From an uncultured Oscillospiraceae bacterium (lineage in GTDB: Bacteria > Bacillota > Clostridia > Oscillospirales > Acutalibacteraceae), in the NCBI GenBank assembly GCA_902490145.1, contig CABUCT010000001.1, forward strand, positions 1 to 42,765: a DNA stretch of 42,765 bases, in the 5' to 3' direction. The position numbers and the translations under genes are program-made. The notes under the pieces were generated by a model. The model was given only the letters and a program-made list of their open reading frames with translations. It made no database searches and was not told the DNA's origin. Numbering within the stretch: position 1 is the first letter of the stretch; each line of letters starts with the position of its first letter. This document shows, piece by piece, positions 9,208-18,063 of the stretch.

Positions 9208-11718
9208 ATGAAACAATATACAGTCGAAGGAATGAGCTGTGCCGCTTGCAGTGCGAGAGTGGAAAAGGCGGTCTCGGCAGTTGAGGGAGTAAGCTCGTGT
9301 TCAGTCAGCCTGCTTACAAACTCAATGGGAGTTGAGGGTACAGCTTCACCAAATGAAATAATGAAAGCGGTGGAAAATGCCGGTTACAAGGCTAATATCA
9401 AAGGTGAAACAAAGTCAGCCTCTGATGCTTCTGATGACTTTAAAGACCGTGAAACTCCGGTTCTTTTAAAACGGTTGATATTTTCGCTTGGATTTTTGAT
9501 AATTCTTATGTACCTTTCAATGGGGCATACTATGTGGGGGTTCCCGGTTCCGGCCTTTCTTGATAACAATCATGTTGCCATGGGAATTATACAGCTATTG
9601 TTATCAGCGGCAGTTATGGTTATAAATCAAAAATTCTTCATAAACGGATTTAAAGGCTTTGTGTCTGGAGCACCAAACATGGATACACTGGTATCTCTCG
9701 GTTCGTCAGCAGCTTTTATATACAGTACCTATGCATTGCTTGCCATGACGGTTGCTCAGGTAAAAGGAGATATGGCGGCTGTTCACGGATATATGCATGA
9801 TTTTTATTTCGAATCGGCAGCAATGATTCTGGCACTTATAACACTCGGAAAAATGCTGGAGGCCCGCTCAAAGGGAAAAACGACCAATGCATTGAAAAGT
9901 TTGATGGCTTTGACTCCAAAAACCGCAAGAATAATCAAAGACGAAAAAGAGACCGAAGTTCCGATTGAACAGGTTAAAAAAGGTGATATTTTTGTGGTTC
10001 GTGCGGGTGACAGTGTTCCGGTTGACGGAATTGTTCTTGACGGTGCGGGTGCAATTGACGAATCAATTTTAACAGGAGAAAGCATTCCGGTGGATAAAAC
10101 GGTGAATGACACTGTTTCGGCTGCAACAATAAACCGTTCGGGATATTTGCGTTGTGAAGCCTCAAGAGTTGGCGAGGATACCACTTTGTCTCAGATTATT
10201 AAAATGGTAAGTGATGCTGCTGCCACAAAAGCTCCTATTGCCAAAATTGCTGACAAAGTTTCGGGCGTGTTTGTCCCAGCCGTTATTGCTATCGCGGTAA
10301 TAACCTTTGTGGTTTGGATGGTGCTTGGAAAGAGTATGGGATTTTCACTTGCCCGAAGTATATCAGTGCTTGTCATAAGCTGTCCGTGTGCTTTGGGTCT
10401 TGCAACTCCGGTTGCTATTATGGTAGGAAACGGAGTTGGTGCAAAAAACGGAATTTTGTTCAAAACTGCGGTTTCGCTTGAAAATGCCGGAAAGACACAA
10501 ATTGTTGTGCTTGATAAGACGGGAACTATAACCAAAGGCGAACCTGCTGTTACAGAAATAATACCCTCTGAAAATATCTCTGAAGACGAACTTCTGAGCC
10601 TTGCATTTTCGATTGAACAAAAAAGCGAACATCCTCTTGCTCTTGCAATAGTAAAAATGGGCGAAGAAAAGGGCATAAATCCTCCGGAAACAACCGATTT
10701 TGTCACCCTTTCGGGGAGCGGAGTGGAAGGTATTGTAAACGGGTCCAAAATTCGTGGTGGAAGCTTGAAATTTATAAAGTCGCAGGTTGCTGTTTCGGAA
10801 ACCACTGAAAATACTGCAAATACCCTGGCGTCACAAGGCAAAACGCCTCTGCTTTTTGCAAAAGACGACAAAGTTCTTGGTATAATCGCCGTTGCAGATG
10901 TAATAAAAGAGGATAGCAAGGCGGCGGTGCAGGAATTAAAAAATATGGGCATATATGTTATAATGTTGACAGGAGACAATGCTCTGACCGCACAAGCGAT
11001 CGGCAATCAGGTCGGCGTGGATTATGTTTATGCAGGAGTTTCTCCTGACGGAAAAGAATCTGTAATCCGGGAGCTTAAAAATCAGGGGACTGTGGCAATG
11101 GTGGGGGATGGCATTAATGATGCACCCGCACTTACAAGTGCCGACACGGGCATTGCAATCGGAGCAGGTGCGGATGTTGCGGTCGATGCCGCTGACGTGG
11201 TACTCATGAACAGCAGGCTTTCTGACGTTGCGTCCGCTGTACGGCTAAGTCGGTCAACGCTCACAAATATCCGTGAAAATCTGTTCTGGGCATTCATTTA
11301 TAATGTCATCGGAATACCGCTGGCAGCGGGAGCTTTTATCTCAATTTTTGGATGGCAGCTAAACCCCATGTACGGTGCAGCAGCTATGAGTTTGTCCAGT
11401 TTTTGCGTTGTTACCAATGCTTTGAGACTGAATTTTCTAAATGTTCACAGTTCAAAGCACGATAGAAAAAGGAAGCACAATCCAATTAAAATAAATATAA
11501 AGGAGTCAGAAAAGATGGAAAAGACAATTAAAATTGAAGGTATGATGTGCGGTCACTGCGAGGCAAGAGTAAAGAGTGTTCTTGAAGCACTTCCCGAGGT
11601 TGAAGCAGCAAAGGTGAGTCATGAAACCGGTACGGCTGTTGTTTCGCTTTCAGCTGATGTATCAGATGCAAAGCTTAAAGAAACAGTAGAAGCACAAGGC
11701 TATAAAGTTATCGGCTGA
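9208..11718 (+). CDS. copA: Copper-translocating P1B-type ATPase with N-terminal and C-terminal HMA domains
   Basis: 836-aa ORF. N-terminal HMA (GMSCAAC), TGES, CPC (SCPCALGLATP), DKTGT, GDGINDAP, and a C-terminal HMA (GMMCGHC). Confidence 0.95.
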   Translation: MKQYTVEGMSCAACSARVEKAVSAVEGVSSCSVSLLTNSMGVEGTASPNEIMKAVENAGYKANIKGETKSASDASDDFKDRETPVLLKRLIFSLGFLIILMYLSMGHTMWGFPVPAFLDNNHVAMGIIQLLLSAAVMVINQKFFINGFKGFVSGAPNMDTLVSLGSSAAFIYSTYALLAMTVAQVKGDMAAVHGYMHDFYFESAAMILALITLGKMLEARSKGKTTNALKSLMALTPKTARIIKDEKETEVPIEQVKKGDIFVVRAGDSVPVDGIVLDGAGAIDESILTGESIPVDKTVNDTVSAATINRSGYLRCEASRVGEDTTLSQIIKMVSDAAATKAPIAKIADKVSGVFVPAVIAIAVITFVVWMVLGKSMGFSLARSISVLVISCPCALGLATPVAIMVGNGVGAKNGILFKTAVSLENAGKTQIVVLDKTGTITKGEPAVTEIIPSENISEDELLSLAFSIEQKSEHPLALAIVKMGEEKGINPPETTDFVTLSGSGVEGIVNGSKIRGGSLKFIKSQVAVSETTENTANTLASQGKTPLLFAKDDKVLGIIAVADVIKEDSKAAVQELKNMGIYVIMLTGDNALTAQAIGNQVGVDYVYAGVSPDGKESVIRELKNQGTVAMVGDGINDAPALTSADTGIAIGAGADVAVDAADVVLMNSRLSDVASAVRLSRSTLTNIRENLFWAFIYNVIGIPLAAGAFISIFGWQLNPMYGAAAMSLSSFCVVTNALRLNFLNVHSSKHDRKRKHNPIKINIKESEKMEKTIKIEGMMCGHCEARVKSVLEALPEVEAAKVSHETGTAVVSLSADVSDAKLKETVEAQGYKVIG

Positions 11719-11757
11719 TAAATATTTTTATGTAAAACTGTCATATTATAATCGTAT

Positions 11758-11804
11758 TTTCACAGTAAAACACCAAAGTTTTGTTATACTGTTTTACTGT
11801 GAAA
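11758..11804. repeat. 15-bp perfect inverted repeat (hairpin) downstream of copA
   Basis: TTTCACAGTAAAACA (11758-11772) pairs with TGTTTTACTGTGAAA (11790-11804) across a 17-nt loop. No immediate T-run follows. Confidence 0.5.
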
Positions 11805-11813
11805 TAACTTTTT

Positions 11814-11857
11814 AAAACCGCAAAGCCTTCGGTATTACCGAAGGCTTTGCGGTTTAA
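11814..11857. terminator. Bidirectional rho-independent terminator shared by copA and the phage head module
   Basis: About 20-bp near-perfect palindrome AAACCGCAAAGCCTTCGGTA / TACCGAAGGCTTTGCGGTTT. It is flanked by an A-run on the left and a T-run on the right. Confidence 0.75.
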
Positions 11858-11858
11858 T

Positions 11859-12293
11859 TTAAACAATATATCGTTTTTCAATTTCAAGAAATCCGGTCAG
11901 CAAGAATGCTTTTTCGTCTCTTTTATAGGAAAGATCTCCGCATTTTACTGAAGTGAATTTATAGGTGCTAACATTTTCAAAAAACATTTCACCTATACGG
12001 CTGAATATATCATAACACTTATATCCTTCCATAGAGTCGGGAACATAAACATCAAATCTGACGCAAATATTGCAATCCCGATTATAAAGCATAGTAGACG
12101 GATTGTCTTCGGAATAAACCGGGGCGATCCTATTTTCAACCGAGTTTTCAAGTCCCACCGCGACTGTCGGCTTTGACATGGGAAGCGGCTTCTTTTTTCC
12201 TGAAAATCCGAAAACGACTCTTATATCGCTAAAATTTTCGTCGTTTTCAAGCTTTCTTTTAATAGTTGAAAGATAGTTGTTAAATTTGATCAT
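11859..12293 (-). CDS. Phage hypothetical protein (candidate neck/head-completion protein by position)
   Basis: 144-aa ORF that overlaps the upstream ORF by 14 nt. It is the last gene before the terminator. No motif recognised. Confidence 0.55.
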   Translation of the reverse strand: MIKFNNYLSTIKRKLENDENFSDIRVVFGFSGKKKPLPMSKPTVAVGLENSVENRIAPVYSEDNPSTMLYNRDCNICVRFDVYVPDSMEGYKCYDIFSRIGEMFFENVSTYKFTSVKCGDLSYKRDEKAFLLTGFLEIEKRYIV

Positions 12294-12648
12294 CTTGTGT
12301 CTCCTTTACTACGGAGCGGAGTATTGCCCAGTTATAAATAACTTCTCCGCTTACTACTACCTTTTCTTTTTTTACAAAGAAAAATTCAGCTCCATCCATG
12401 TGAAGGCGAAGGTTATCGTCAAAATCCCATACTTCGACATTGGACGGTCCAATATAAAGGTAGTGAGATTGATCAATATATCCGGCACGTGATCGAACGC
12501 CGTCGAGGTACATTTTATTTTTGTACCTCAGCGGCTGAACGAAGGCTTTGAAATAATCCGAAATATTTTCTTCGGTGGTTGAAAGACGAACATTGCTTCC
12601 GTATTGGTTGATAAATTTATCAATTTTACTTTTAGTTAATTTCAGCAT
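12280..12648 (-). CDS. Phage hypothetical protein (candidate head-closure/adaptor by position)
   Basis: 122-aa ORF with a 7-nt overlap to the upstream ORF. It lies two genes downstream of the capsid gene. Confidence 0.55.
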   Translation of the reverse strand: MLKLTKSKIDKFINQYGSNVRLSTTEENISDYFKAFVQPLRYKNKMYLDGVRSRAGYIDQSHYLYIGPSNVEVWDFDDNLRLHMDGAEFFFVKKEKVVVSGEVIYNWAILRSVVKETQDDQI

Positions 12649-13010
12649 TGTATCGCCACAAATTCAAAGTCTCCATTCTTCATAAGACGGCTTATGCGTT
12701 TTAAAGCTTCATCCCGCAGCTGTCGTGATGCCGAAATACGTTCGGAAGCTGAGTCTCTGATAGACAAATCTCCTGCCTTAAAAGAGGTGTTGCCGTCAAA
12801 TGATGAACTTATAAGAACATATTCATAAAATGCACATGCAGCAGCGGCATAAGTCAAAGAACTCATGTTATTTGAAATATCGCAGTCCTCCTTCAGGTCG
12901 GCAGAAATACTATCAGCAGCTGAGCGACAGGTATCTATCCATTTTATAGCATCCTCTTTTTCAAGACCTGTAAGAGACAGAAAAATGTCAAAAACCAGCA
13001 TAAGATCCAT
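12642..13010 (-). CDS. Phage hypothetical protein (candidate head-tail connector by position)
   Basis: 122-aa acidic helical ORF starting 6 nt after the capsid gene stop. Size and position are typical of gp6-like connectors. Confidence 0.55.
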   Translation of the reverse strand: MDLMLVFDIFLSLTGLEKEDAIKWIDTCRSAADSISADLKEDCDISNNMSSLTYAAAACAFYEYVLISSSFDGNTSFKAGDLSIRDSASERISASRQLRDEALKRISRLMKNGDFEFVAIQC

Positions 13011-13016
13011 AGAGGC

Positions 13017-14018
13017 TTAACCCTCATTTGTAACAACGTTAACGAGTTTTTTAACCGAATTATCAATGATTTTTGAGAAACCTGCGATAGATGTTATAGT
13101 TGCCCTTTCAAGCTGACGATCAATAAGTCGATCGCTGTCAACTTCAATATCAGAAGCCACTACCATTTCAAGAGCATAATTCTTGTCAAATGCTATTATA
13201 CTGTTTGTACTGTTTCGTGCGTTGATAATCTTAAATCCCAGATTTGTATCAAATCCGTGGTTATTTCCGAATTTAAAACCGAAATCGGGATCTTGGAATG
13301 CTGACATACTCAGCATTTGAGCAATAACATCAGGGGACATAATCACAGTGCCCATTTCATATGGTGCAAGTGCTTTCCAAAGATTCACAAAATCAGTGAA
13401 AAGAATTTTTGCATTTGAAGTGCGGGTAACCTCTCCGGCATCCTTCGCCAAAACGCTTATTGCATCGTCAAACTGCTGGGATGCAATATGAGCACCGATC
13501 TGTTTCAATGCTACAGTGAAAAGGTCAAGGCGTTGGAACTTAAGAGATTCATATGATGCAACAAGCATTCTTCCGTGCTTTTTAAGATTTACAAGCTTGT
13601 CCTTGATTTTGATGCTGGTTTCGGGAATAGCAGTGCCTTCCTCAACTTCACTTAAGTTAAGATCAGAATCAGCAGGAGTACTTATAATACTGCGGTAATC
13701 CATGCTGTTGATGTGAGTGGTGGTTGCAACAATCTGAGAAAGCAAATCGTAACCGATAAATCCGCTTTTTACCGAACGGGTAAGATATTCGGGGAAGAGT
13801 GCTGCAGATGAAGAAGTAGAAAAGAACTTTTCCACTGTGTCTGATGAAGGACCTGAAACCTTAATATCAAAACGTTTAAGCTGACGCTGATAAGCATCAA
13901 GACCTGCAAGAGGAGTGTCGGCGTAATTTTCCGACGGGTCAATAGATTCAAGAGCGGCGGTAATACCGCCTTTAACATTGTACATCCCTTTTTCAAGTGT
14001 AATATTTTCGTAAGACAT
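13017..14018 (-). CDS. Phage major capsid protein (presumed HK97 fold)
   Basis: 333-aa ORF directly after the protease/scaffold gene. Size and position fit a major capsid protein; the family was not verified. Confidence 0.7.
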   Translation of the reverse strand: MSYENITLEKGMYNVKGGITAALESIDPSENYADTPLAGLDAYQRQLKRFDIKVSGPSSDTVEKFFSTSSSAALFPEYLTRSVKSGFIGYDLLSQIVATTTHINSMDYRSIISTPADSDLNLSEVEEGTAIPETSIKIKDKLVNLKKHGRMLVASYESLKFQRLDLFTVALKQIGAHIASQQFDDAISVLAKDAGEVTRTSNAKILFTDFVNLWKALAPYEMGTVIMSPDVIAQMLSMSAFQDPDFGFKFGNNHGFDTNLGFKIINARNSTNSIIAFDKNYALEMVVASDIEVDSDRLIDRQLERATITSIAGFSKIIDNSVKKLVNVVTNEG

Positions 14019-14032
14019 AAAAACAACCTTTC

Positions 14033-15055
14033 TTAAATAATAAATTTTGTGTTTGTGGAATTTTCATTTTGTTCTTTAACAGCATCAAGCTGTCTTGCAG
14101 GGGGGAAAAATTTAGCCGTTCTTTTTTCAAAAGCCTTTTTCAAAGCTGAAAGCTGATCGAAATCAAGATTGCTTGTTAACTTTTCAAAAAATGAGACCCC
14201 AAGTTCCGGCTCGGCAATACCTCCGAGGCGTGATACCTCTTTTTTAATAACATCAAGCTGTTTTTTGCCTGCTTCGGCAAATTCTTTAAGCTCGTTTATA
14301 TAACTGTAAAGTGCATTAGCCTCATCTTTTTCAAGCGAAACATTTCCTTCATTCAGAGATTTTATGATATCCTCTCTGTTCAACTTTTCAAATCCTCCTT
14401 TTTTATTGCAATTAAATGCTTTGACCACACCTGCCTTCGGCTGAGCGGGAACGGCGACAAAGCTCCATTCATAAGCGTCAGTCGGATCGCTGAGTACATG
14501 GTGGCAAAGCTGTTTAACACCGTCTTTGCGATAAAATCTGCCTTTCTTGTGTTCACAATGAGAAGTACGCATATCAGCCCCGCAAACCGAGCAGTGTACT
14601 GAGCTGACAGAGCAGCCCACACTGACCTCTTTTTTGATGCCCGCATCAATTTCAAGAATAATATCCTTATTTCTGATGCTATTGGGCATATAGGCACGAG
14701 CCTTCAAACGAACATAAGGGTCGCCTCTTTTTGTTGTTTGACCTTCAACCCTTTCGACCTCACATTCAAAAATTCTTGCGACCTGATCTCGGCCTTTCAT
14801 TGAATGGTCAAAAATACCTGTTTTCCCCACAAAAAGAGTGGCAAGTTTTTGCAGCATATCATCGCTGAACCGTTCAAAGTCTCTGTCAACTTCGTTGTCG
14901 CAAAGGATCACCGAAAAGACAAAAACTTCTTCGGGAGACAGTATTCTTCGGGAAAGCTTGTTTATTTTTTCAAGCTCCTGTTCGGTAGGAGTGCCGGAAA
15001 CATTTGACACAAATCCTTCCTTCATTAAATCAATCCTTTCATATAAAGGCAGCAA
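14033..15055 (-). CDS. Prohead protease (HK97/S78-like) with a C-terminal scaffold-like coiled-coil region
   Basis: 340-aa ORF with protease-like blocks GKTGIFDHS, EVSVGCSV and EWSFVAVPAQP. A Cys/His cluster (CSVCG...HCEH) is inserted. The C-terminal ~130 aa are helical and K/E-rich. The ORF opens with TTG at 15055; the ATG at 15025 has a better SD. Confidence 0.7.
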   Translation of the reverse strand: MLPLYERIDLMKEGFVSNVSGTPTEQELEKINKLSRRILSPEEVFVFSVILCDNEVDRDFERFSDDMLQKLATLFVGKTGIFDHSMKGRDQVARIFECEVERVEGQTTKRGDPYVRLKARAYMPNSIRNKDIILEIDAGIKKEVSVGCSVSSVHCSVCGADMRTSHCEHKKGRFYRKDGVKQLCHHVLSDPTDAYEWSFVAVPAQPKAGVVKAFNCNKKGGFEKLNREDIIKSLNEGNVSLEKDEANALYSYINELKEFAEAGKKQLDVIKKEVSRLGGIAEPELGVSFFEKLTSNLDFDQLSALKKAFEKRTAKFFPPARQLDAVKEQNENSTNTKFII

Positions 15056-15073
15056 TAAATCAAAATAAGAATG

Positions 15074-16240
15074 TTACTGCCGGTTTAAATTTTGTTCTAT
15101 CTGTTTTGCCTGCATGCGATAAAGCTGAGCTTTAGCCAGTTCTACCTCATCCTGTAGTGAAATGTTTTCAAAATCAACTTCAACTTCCGGATCATATCCG
15201 TTAAGCATAAGCCACATACGGCAAATCTTGCGGATCGCAGGCATAATAATTCTTCTGTATCCCCAAATCTCACTTGTGAGCATGTCGGATTGCTGGGCGG
15301 ACATCCGTTCAGTGGAACTCCATGAAAGTCCGAGCATAAACGGAGGAATACCAAGCCGTGCAACAATTTGCTCAAGCATATGATGAACAGGAATCTCGCA
15401 GTCAAGTATCTGACTGTCGGAGCCTATAACCTTTATCTGCACATCTCCCACTGCCACAAAATCGCTGACTTTGCCGCTGGCGTTGTCACGCATAGCTTTT
15501 GACCATTGTTCGGCGATCTGCTGTGCACGGTCTTTTGCAAAGGTGCGGTCGGCTGAATCATTTGACGGTTTGTAAATGACCGAGTATCTGAGGTTCCCCG
15601 CCCGTTCAAAATTAACTCTGATAGTATCAAATATTTTAGTCAGCACCTGAGTTACGAATGGCAGACTTTTAAGCAGAGAATTACCGCAGATTTGTCCTGC
15701 ACGGGGGTTCAAGGCACTTGTAACAAGAAACTGAGGATATTTGACCGGTTTTGCTTCACCGGCACATCGTGTAAAATACGAAAGCCCTCCGTTTTTTTCA
15801 TTGCGACTGATTTCAATGCAGTCAAGAGGAGCATTATATAAAGCCGCTATGGTGTTTCCCGAAACAGACGGCACGATCTCGCCTACTGCTGTCCCGTACA
15901 TAAGAAGCTGATCCAAATGCTGTGCCGCAAAGGCTTCTATTCCCGACATTGAATCTCCGACCGGAACGGTCTCAAGAAAATGATCCAGTTCTTTTTGAGC
16001 AGATTTGTCACGGCATACGGCTGTTATTCCGCCGGATAAAGAAACAATTTTTGAAAGAGCGGCATCTACTATCGGTACACCCTCTCGAATTGAATCATAA
16101 AGCCGATATTCCGGACGGCAAAGCGGGATATACCTGTCCAGTGCCGAAAACATCACGGATTTTTCACGTGGAATCTGCAATGCAGTTGTCTTTGATTGCG
16201 GCTCAGTCTGTTTTCGCTTAAAAAAATCAAATGGTTTCAT
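15074..16240 (-). CDS. Phage portal protein
   Basis: 388-aa ORF between terL and the protease, preceded by the SD AAGGAG. Size and order are typical of HK97-type portals. Confidence 0.75.
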   Translation of the reverse strand: MKPFDFFKRKQTEPQSKTTALQIPREKSVMFSALDRYIPLCRPEYRLYDSIREGVPIVDAALSKIVSLSGGITAVCRDKSAQKELDHFLETVPVGDSMSGIEAFAAQHLDQLLMYGTAVGEIVPSVSGNTIAALYNAPLDCIEISRNEKNGGLSYFTRCAGEAKPVKYPQFLVTSALNPRAGQICGNSLLKSLPFVTQVLTKIFDTIRVNFERAGNLRYSVIYKPSNDSADRTFAKDRAQQIAEQWSKAMRDNASGKVSDFVAVGDVQIKVIGSDSQILDCEIPVHHMLEQIVARLGIPPFMLGLSWSSTERMSAQQSDMLTSEIWGYRRIIMPAIRKICRMWLMLNGYDPEVEVDFENISLQDEVELAKAQLYRMQAKQIEQNLNRQ

Positions 16241-16327
16241 TCTGTTCTCCTTATAAAAAAATATCTATATAAAATGAAATTTCATACAATGTATGTACAG
16301 CAGGTAATAATTCCTGCTTTTTGTTTT

Positions 16328-17587
16328 TTACCGTTCGACCGAAACCGCTGCAAAATCGTCCTGTTCACGATAAAGCACCGTAGATACAAAATATCTTATA
16401 TCATCCATTGCGTGGTCATTTTCTTTTATGGGTTTGTCTTTTACACTGCCGCTGTCCCATCTGTAAAGTCCGAATTCCCGGATGGTATCAGCACATTTTT
16501 TAGAAATCACAATTCTATTCTCTCTGAGTGCATCTGCAACAAGACGAATACCGTCTGCCACATTGTTTTTTGCAGGAATGACCTTGAACCGTGCGTGGCG
16601 TCGTATACAGGTTATAAAAGAAGCAGCTGAAGGGTCACAAATTACCGAAATAATGTTTCGTGTTCCTGCAAGTGATTCAAGTGCGTCATAATATTCCTCG
16701 TCTGTTTTTTGAACTCCGTGTTTTCTGGAGGAATAATAGTATTCATCAATTCGGTATGCTATTTTGCCTTTTATTCCCCAAAGGCCCATTGAGGTCGGGT
16801 TCACCGTCCCGTAATCGCAGGAGATATAATATTCGTCATATCCGCAAGTTTCCAGAACTTCTGTATGCTTTTCTTCCGAAAAACCCTGATAGACAAGTCC
16901 TTCCGCAGCCACCCATTTTCCTAAAATGAACCGTTCATAAAAAGCCCCTGTGTAAAGACTTTGATAACGCCTGCGTATCTCAGGGGAAAGGGAGGGATTG
17001 TCGTCCATTGTAAAATGAAGATAAAGGGCATTTTTCTCATCTGTTTGTTTTATCCAAGTAGTGTAAAACCAGTGATGAGGATGTTCAGGATTGCAGTTAA
17101 ACCAAAATTTTGATCCATTAACCGAACATCTTGCCAGCGTTTGCTCCACAAAAGAACGAGGCATAAGAGCTACTTCATCAAGAAGTGCTCCCGAAAGGGT
17201 CATACCCTGAATAAGTGCCGCTGAAGATTCGTCTCTTCCTCCGAAAAAATAAAAGCGGTTAGTGTTTGTCCCCCGCCGTACTTCAAGATAATTTTTGGAA
17301 TGTTTGATGTTACATTCAAATCCGATCTCTCTGAGTTCAGCTGACAGGGGCAAAATAATGTTCCTTTTGAGTGCAGTCACGGTTTTTCCGCAGATCGCAA
17401 AATCCGAATTGTTAAATTGCCAAAAAGCCCATAAAACGAAAGAAACCGACATACAAAGGGTTTTTCCGGATCTCACCGCACCGTCACATATAACGGCATC
17501 GCAGTCCTTGTACTTGCTGTTATTGCACCACCATGTTAAAACAGCGAGCTGCTTTTTTGAAAAAGGTGCATATTTCATATGTCGCAC
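16328..17587 (-). CDS. Phage terminase large subunit
   Basis: 419-aa ORF with Walker A (DGAVRSGKT), Walker B-like LLDE, and a C-terminal nuclease-like region. It overlaps terS by 13 nt. Confidence 0.9.
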   Translation of the reverse strand: MRHMKYAPFSKKQLAVLTWWCNNSKYKDCDAVICDGAVRSGKTLCMSVSFVLWAFWQFNNSDFAICGKTVTALKRNIILPLSAELREIGFECNIKHSKNYLEVRRGTNTNRFYFFGGRDESSAALIQGMTLSGALLDEVALMPRSFVEQTLARCSVNGSKFWFNCNPEHPHHWFYTTWIKQTDEKNALYLHFTMDDNPSLSPEIRRRYQSLYTGAFYERFILGKWVAAEGLVYQGFSEEKHTEVLETCGYDEYYISCDYGTVNPTSMGLWGIKGKIAYRIDEYYYSSRKHGVQKTDEEYYDALESLAGTRNIISVICDPSAASFITCIRRHARFKVIPAKNNVADGIRLVADALRENRIVISKKCADTIREFGLYRWDSGSVKDKPIKENDHAMDDIRYFVSTVLYREQDDFAAVSVER

Positions 17588-18063
17588 TCTGTGCCGTTCA
17601 AAGCATCTGCTCCTTTAATAATTGCATCATAAAACGATTGAACAGGAGCGTCTTCTTGATTGGACGAAATTTCAGACAGCTTTTCCAAAGCCTTTACCCT
17701 GTCAAAAAATTTTATTTCCATTCCGCCGCCTTTTGGTCTTTTGATCTCAGATATGCTGAAAAGATCAAGCGTTTCAAGCTGTTCATCGGTGATATCTTCG
17801 GCAAAAAGAAGCTTCACCGCATCGGTCACAGAACCAAATGCAACTCTTTTGAGTCCACTTGCCGCATCCACTGACGACAGTTCCATTTTACTTTTCAGCC
17901 TTTTTATTTCCGAAACAGCGGCTTCTTTCTGCAAAATTTTAAGTCCGGCTCTTTCGGGGAATATACGAAATCCGGCACGTGACGCTGCTTCCCTGAGATT
18001 ATTTGTAAGGGCGAAATCGGCACAAAATTGTTTTTCTTTGGGTGTTAATTTATAATCTTTCAT
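17575..18063 (-). CDS. Phage terminase small subunit
   Basis: 162-aa ORF. The N-terminal HTH block LTPKEKQFCADFALTNNLREAASRAGF is typical of Terminase_2-type TerS. Confidence 0.85.
   Translation of the reverse strand: MKDYKLTPKEKQFCADFALTNNLREAASRAGFRIFPERAGLKILQKEAAVSEIKRLKSKMELSSVDAASGLKRVAFGSVTDAVKLLFAEDITDEQLETLDLFSISEIKRPKGGGMEIKFFDRVKALEKLSEISSNQEDAPVQSFYDAIIKGADALNGTECDI

Larger units (their letters stand above)
11859..18063 (-). mobile_element. Phage-derived DNA-packaging and head-morphogenesis module (head-only; no tail, lysis, integrase or regulators)
   Basis: Eight co-directional, tightly packed ORFs in the canonical order terS, terL, portal, protease/scaffold, major capsid, three small ORFs. 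Core genes flank both sides. Confidence 0.75.

Noticed and set aside
10191-11006. Long antisense ORFs inside strongly supported genes. Examples: 271 aa opposite copA; 280 aa at 29878-30720 opposite hdrA; 285 aa at 39075-39932 opposite alaS; 256 aa at 34272-35042 opposite the fumarase alpha gene; 209 aa at 31418-32047 opposite hdrB; 192 aa at 24470-25048 opposite frdA.
   Set aside because: Their translations are low-complexity (Ser/Ile/Phe-rich) with no recognisable motifs or SD sequences. Each fully shadows a gene with clear family signatures, so they are typical frame-shadow artefacts.
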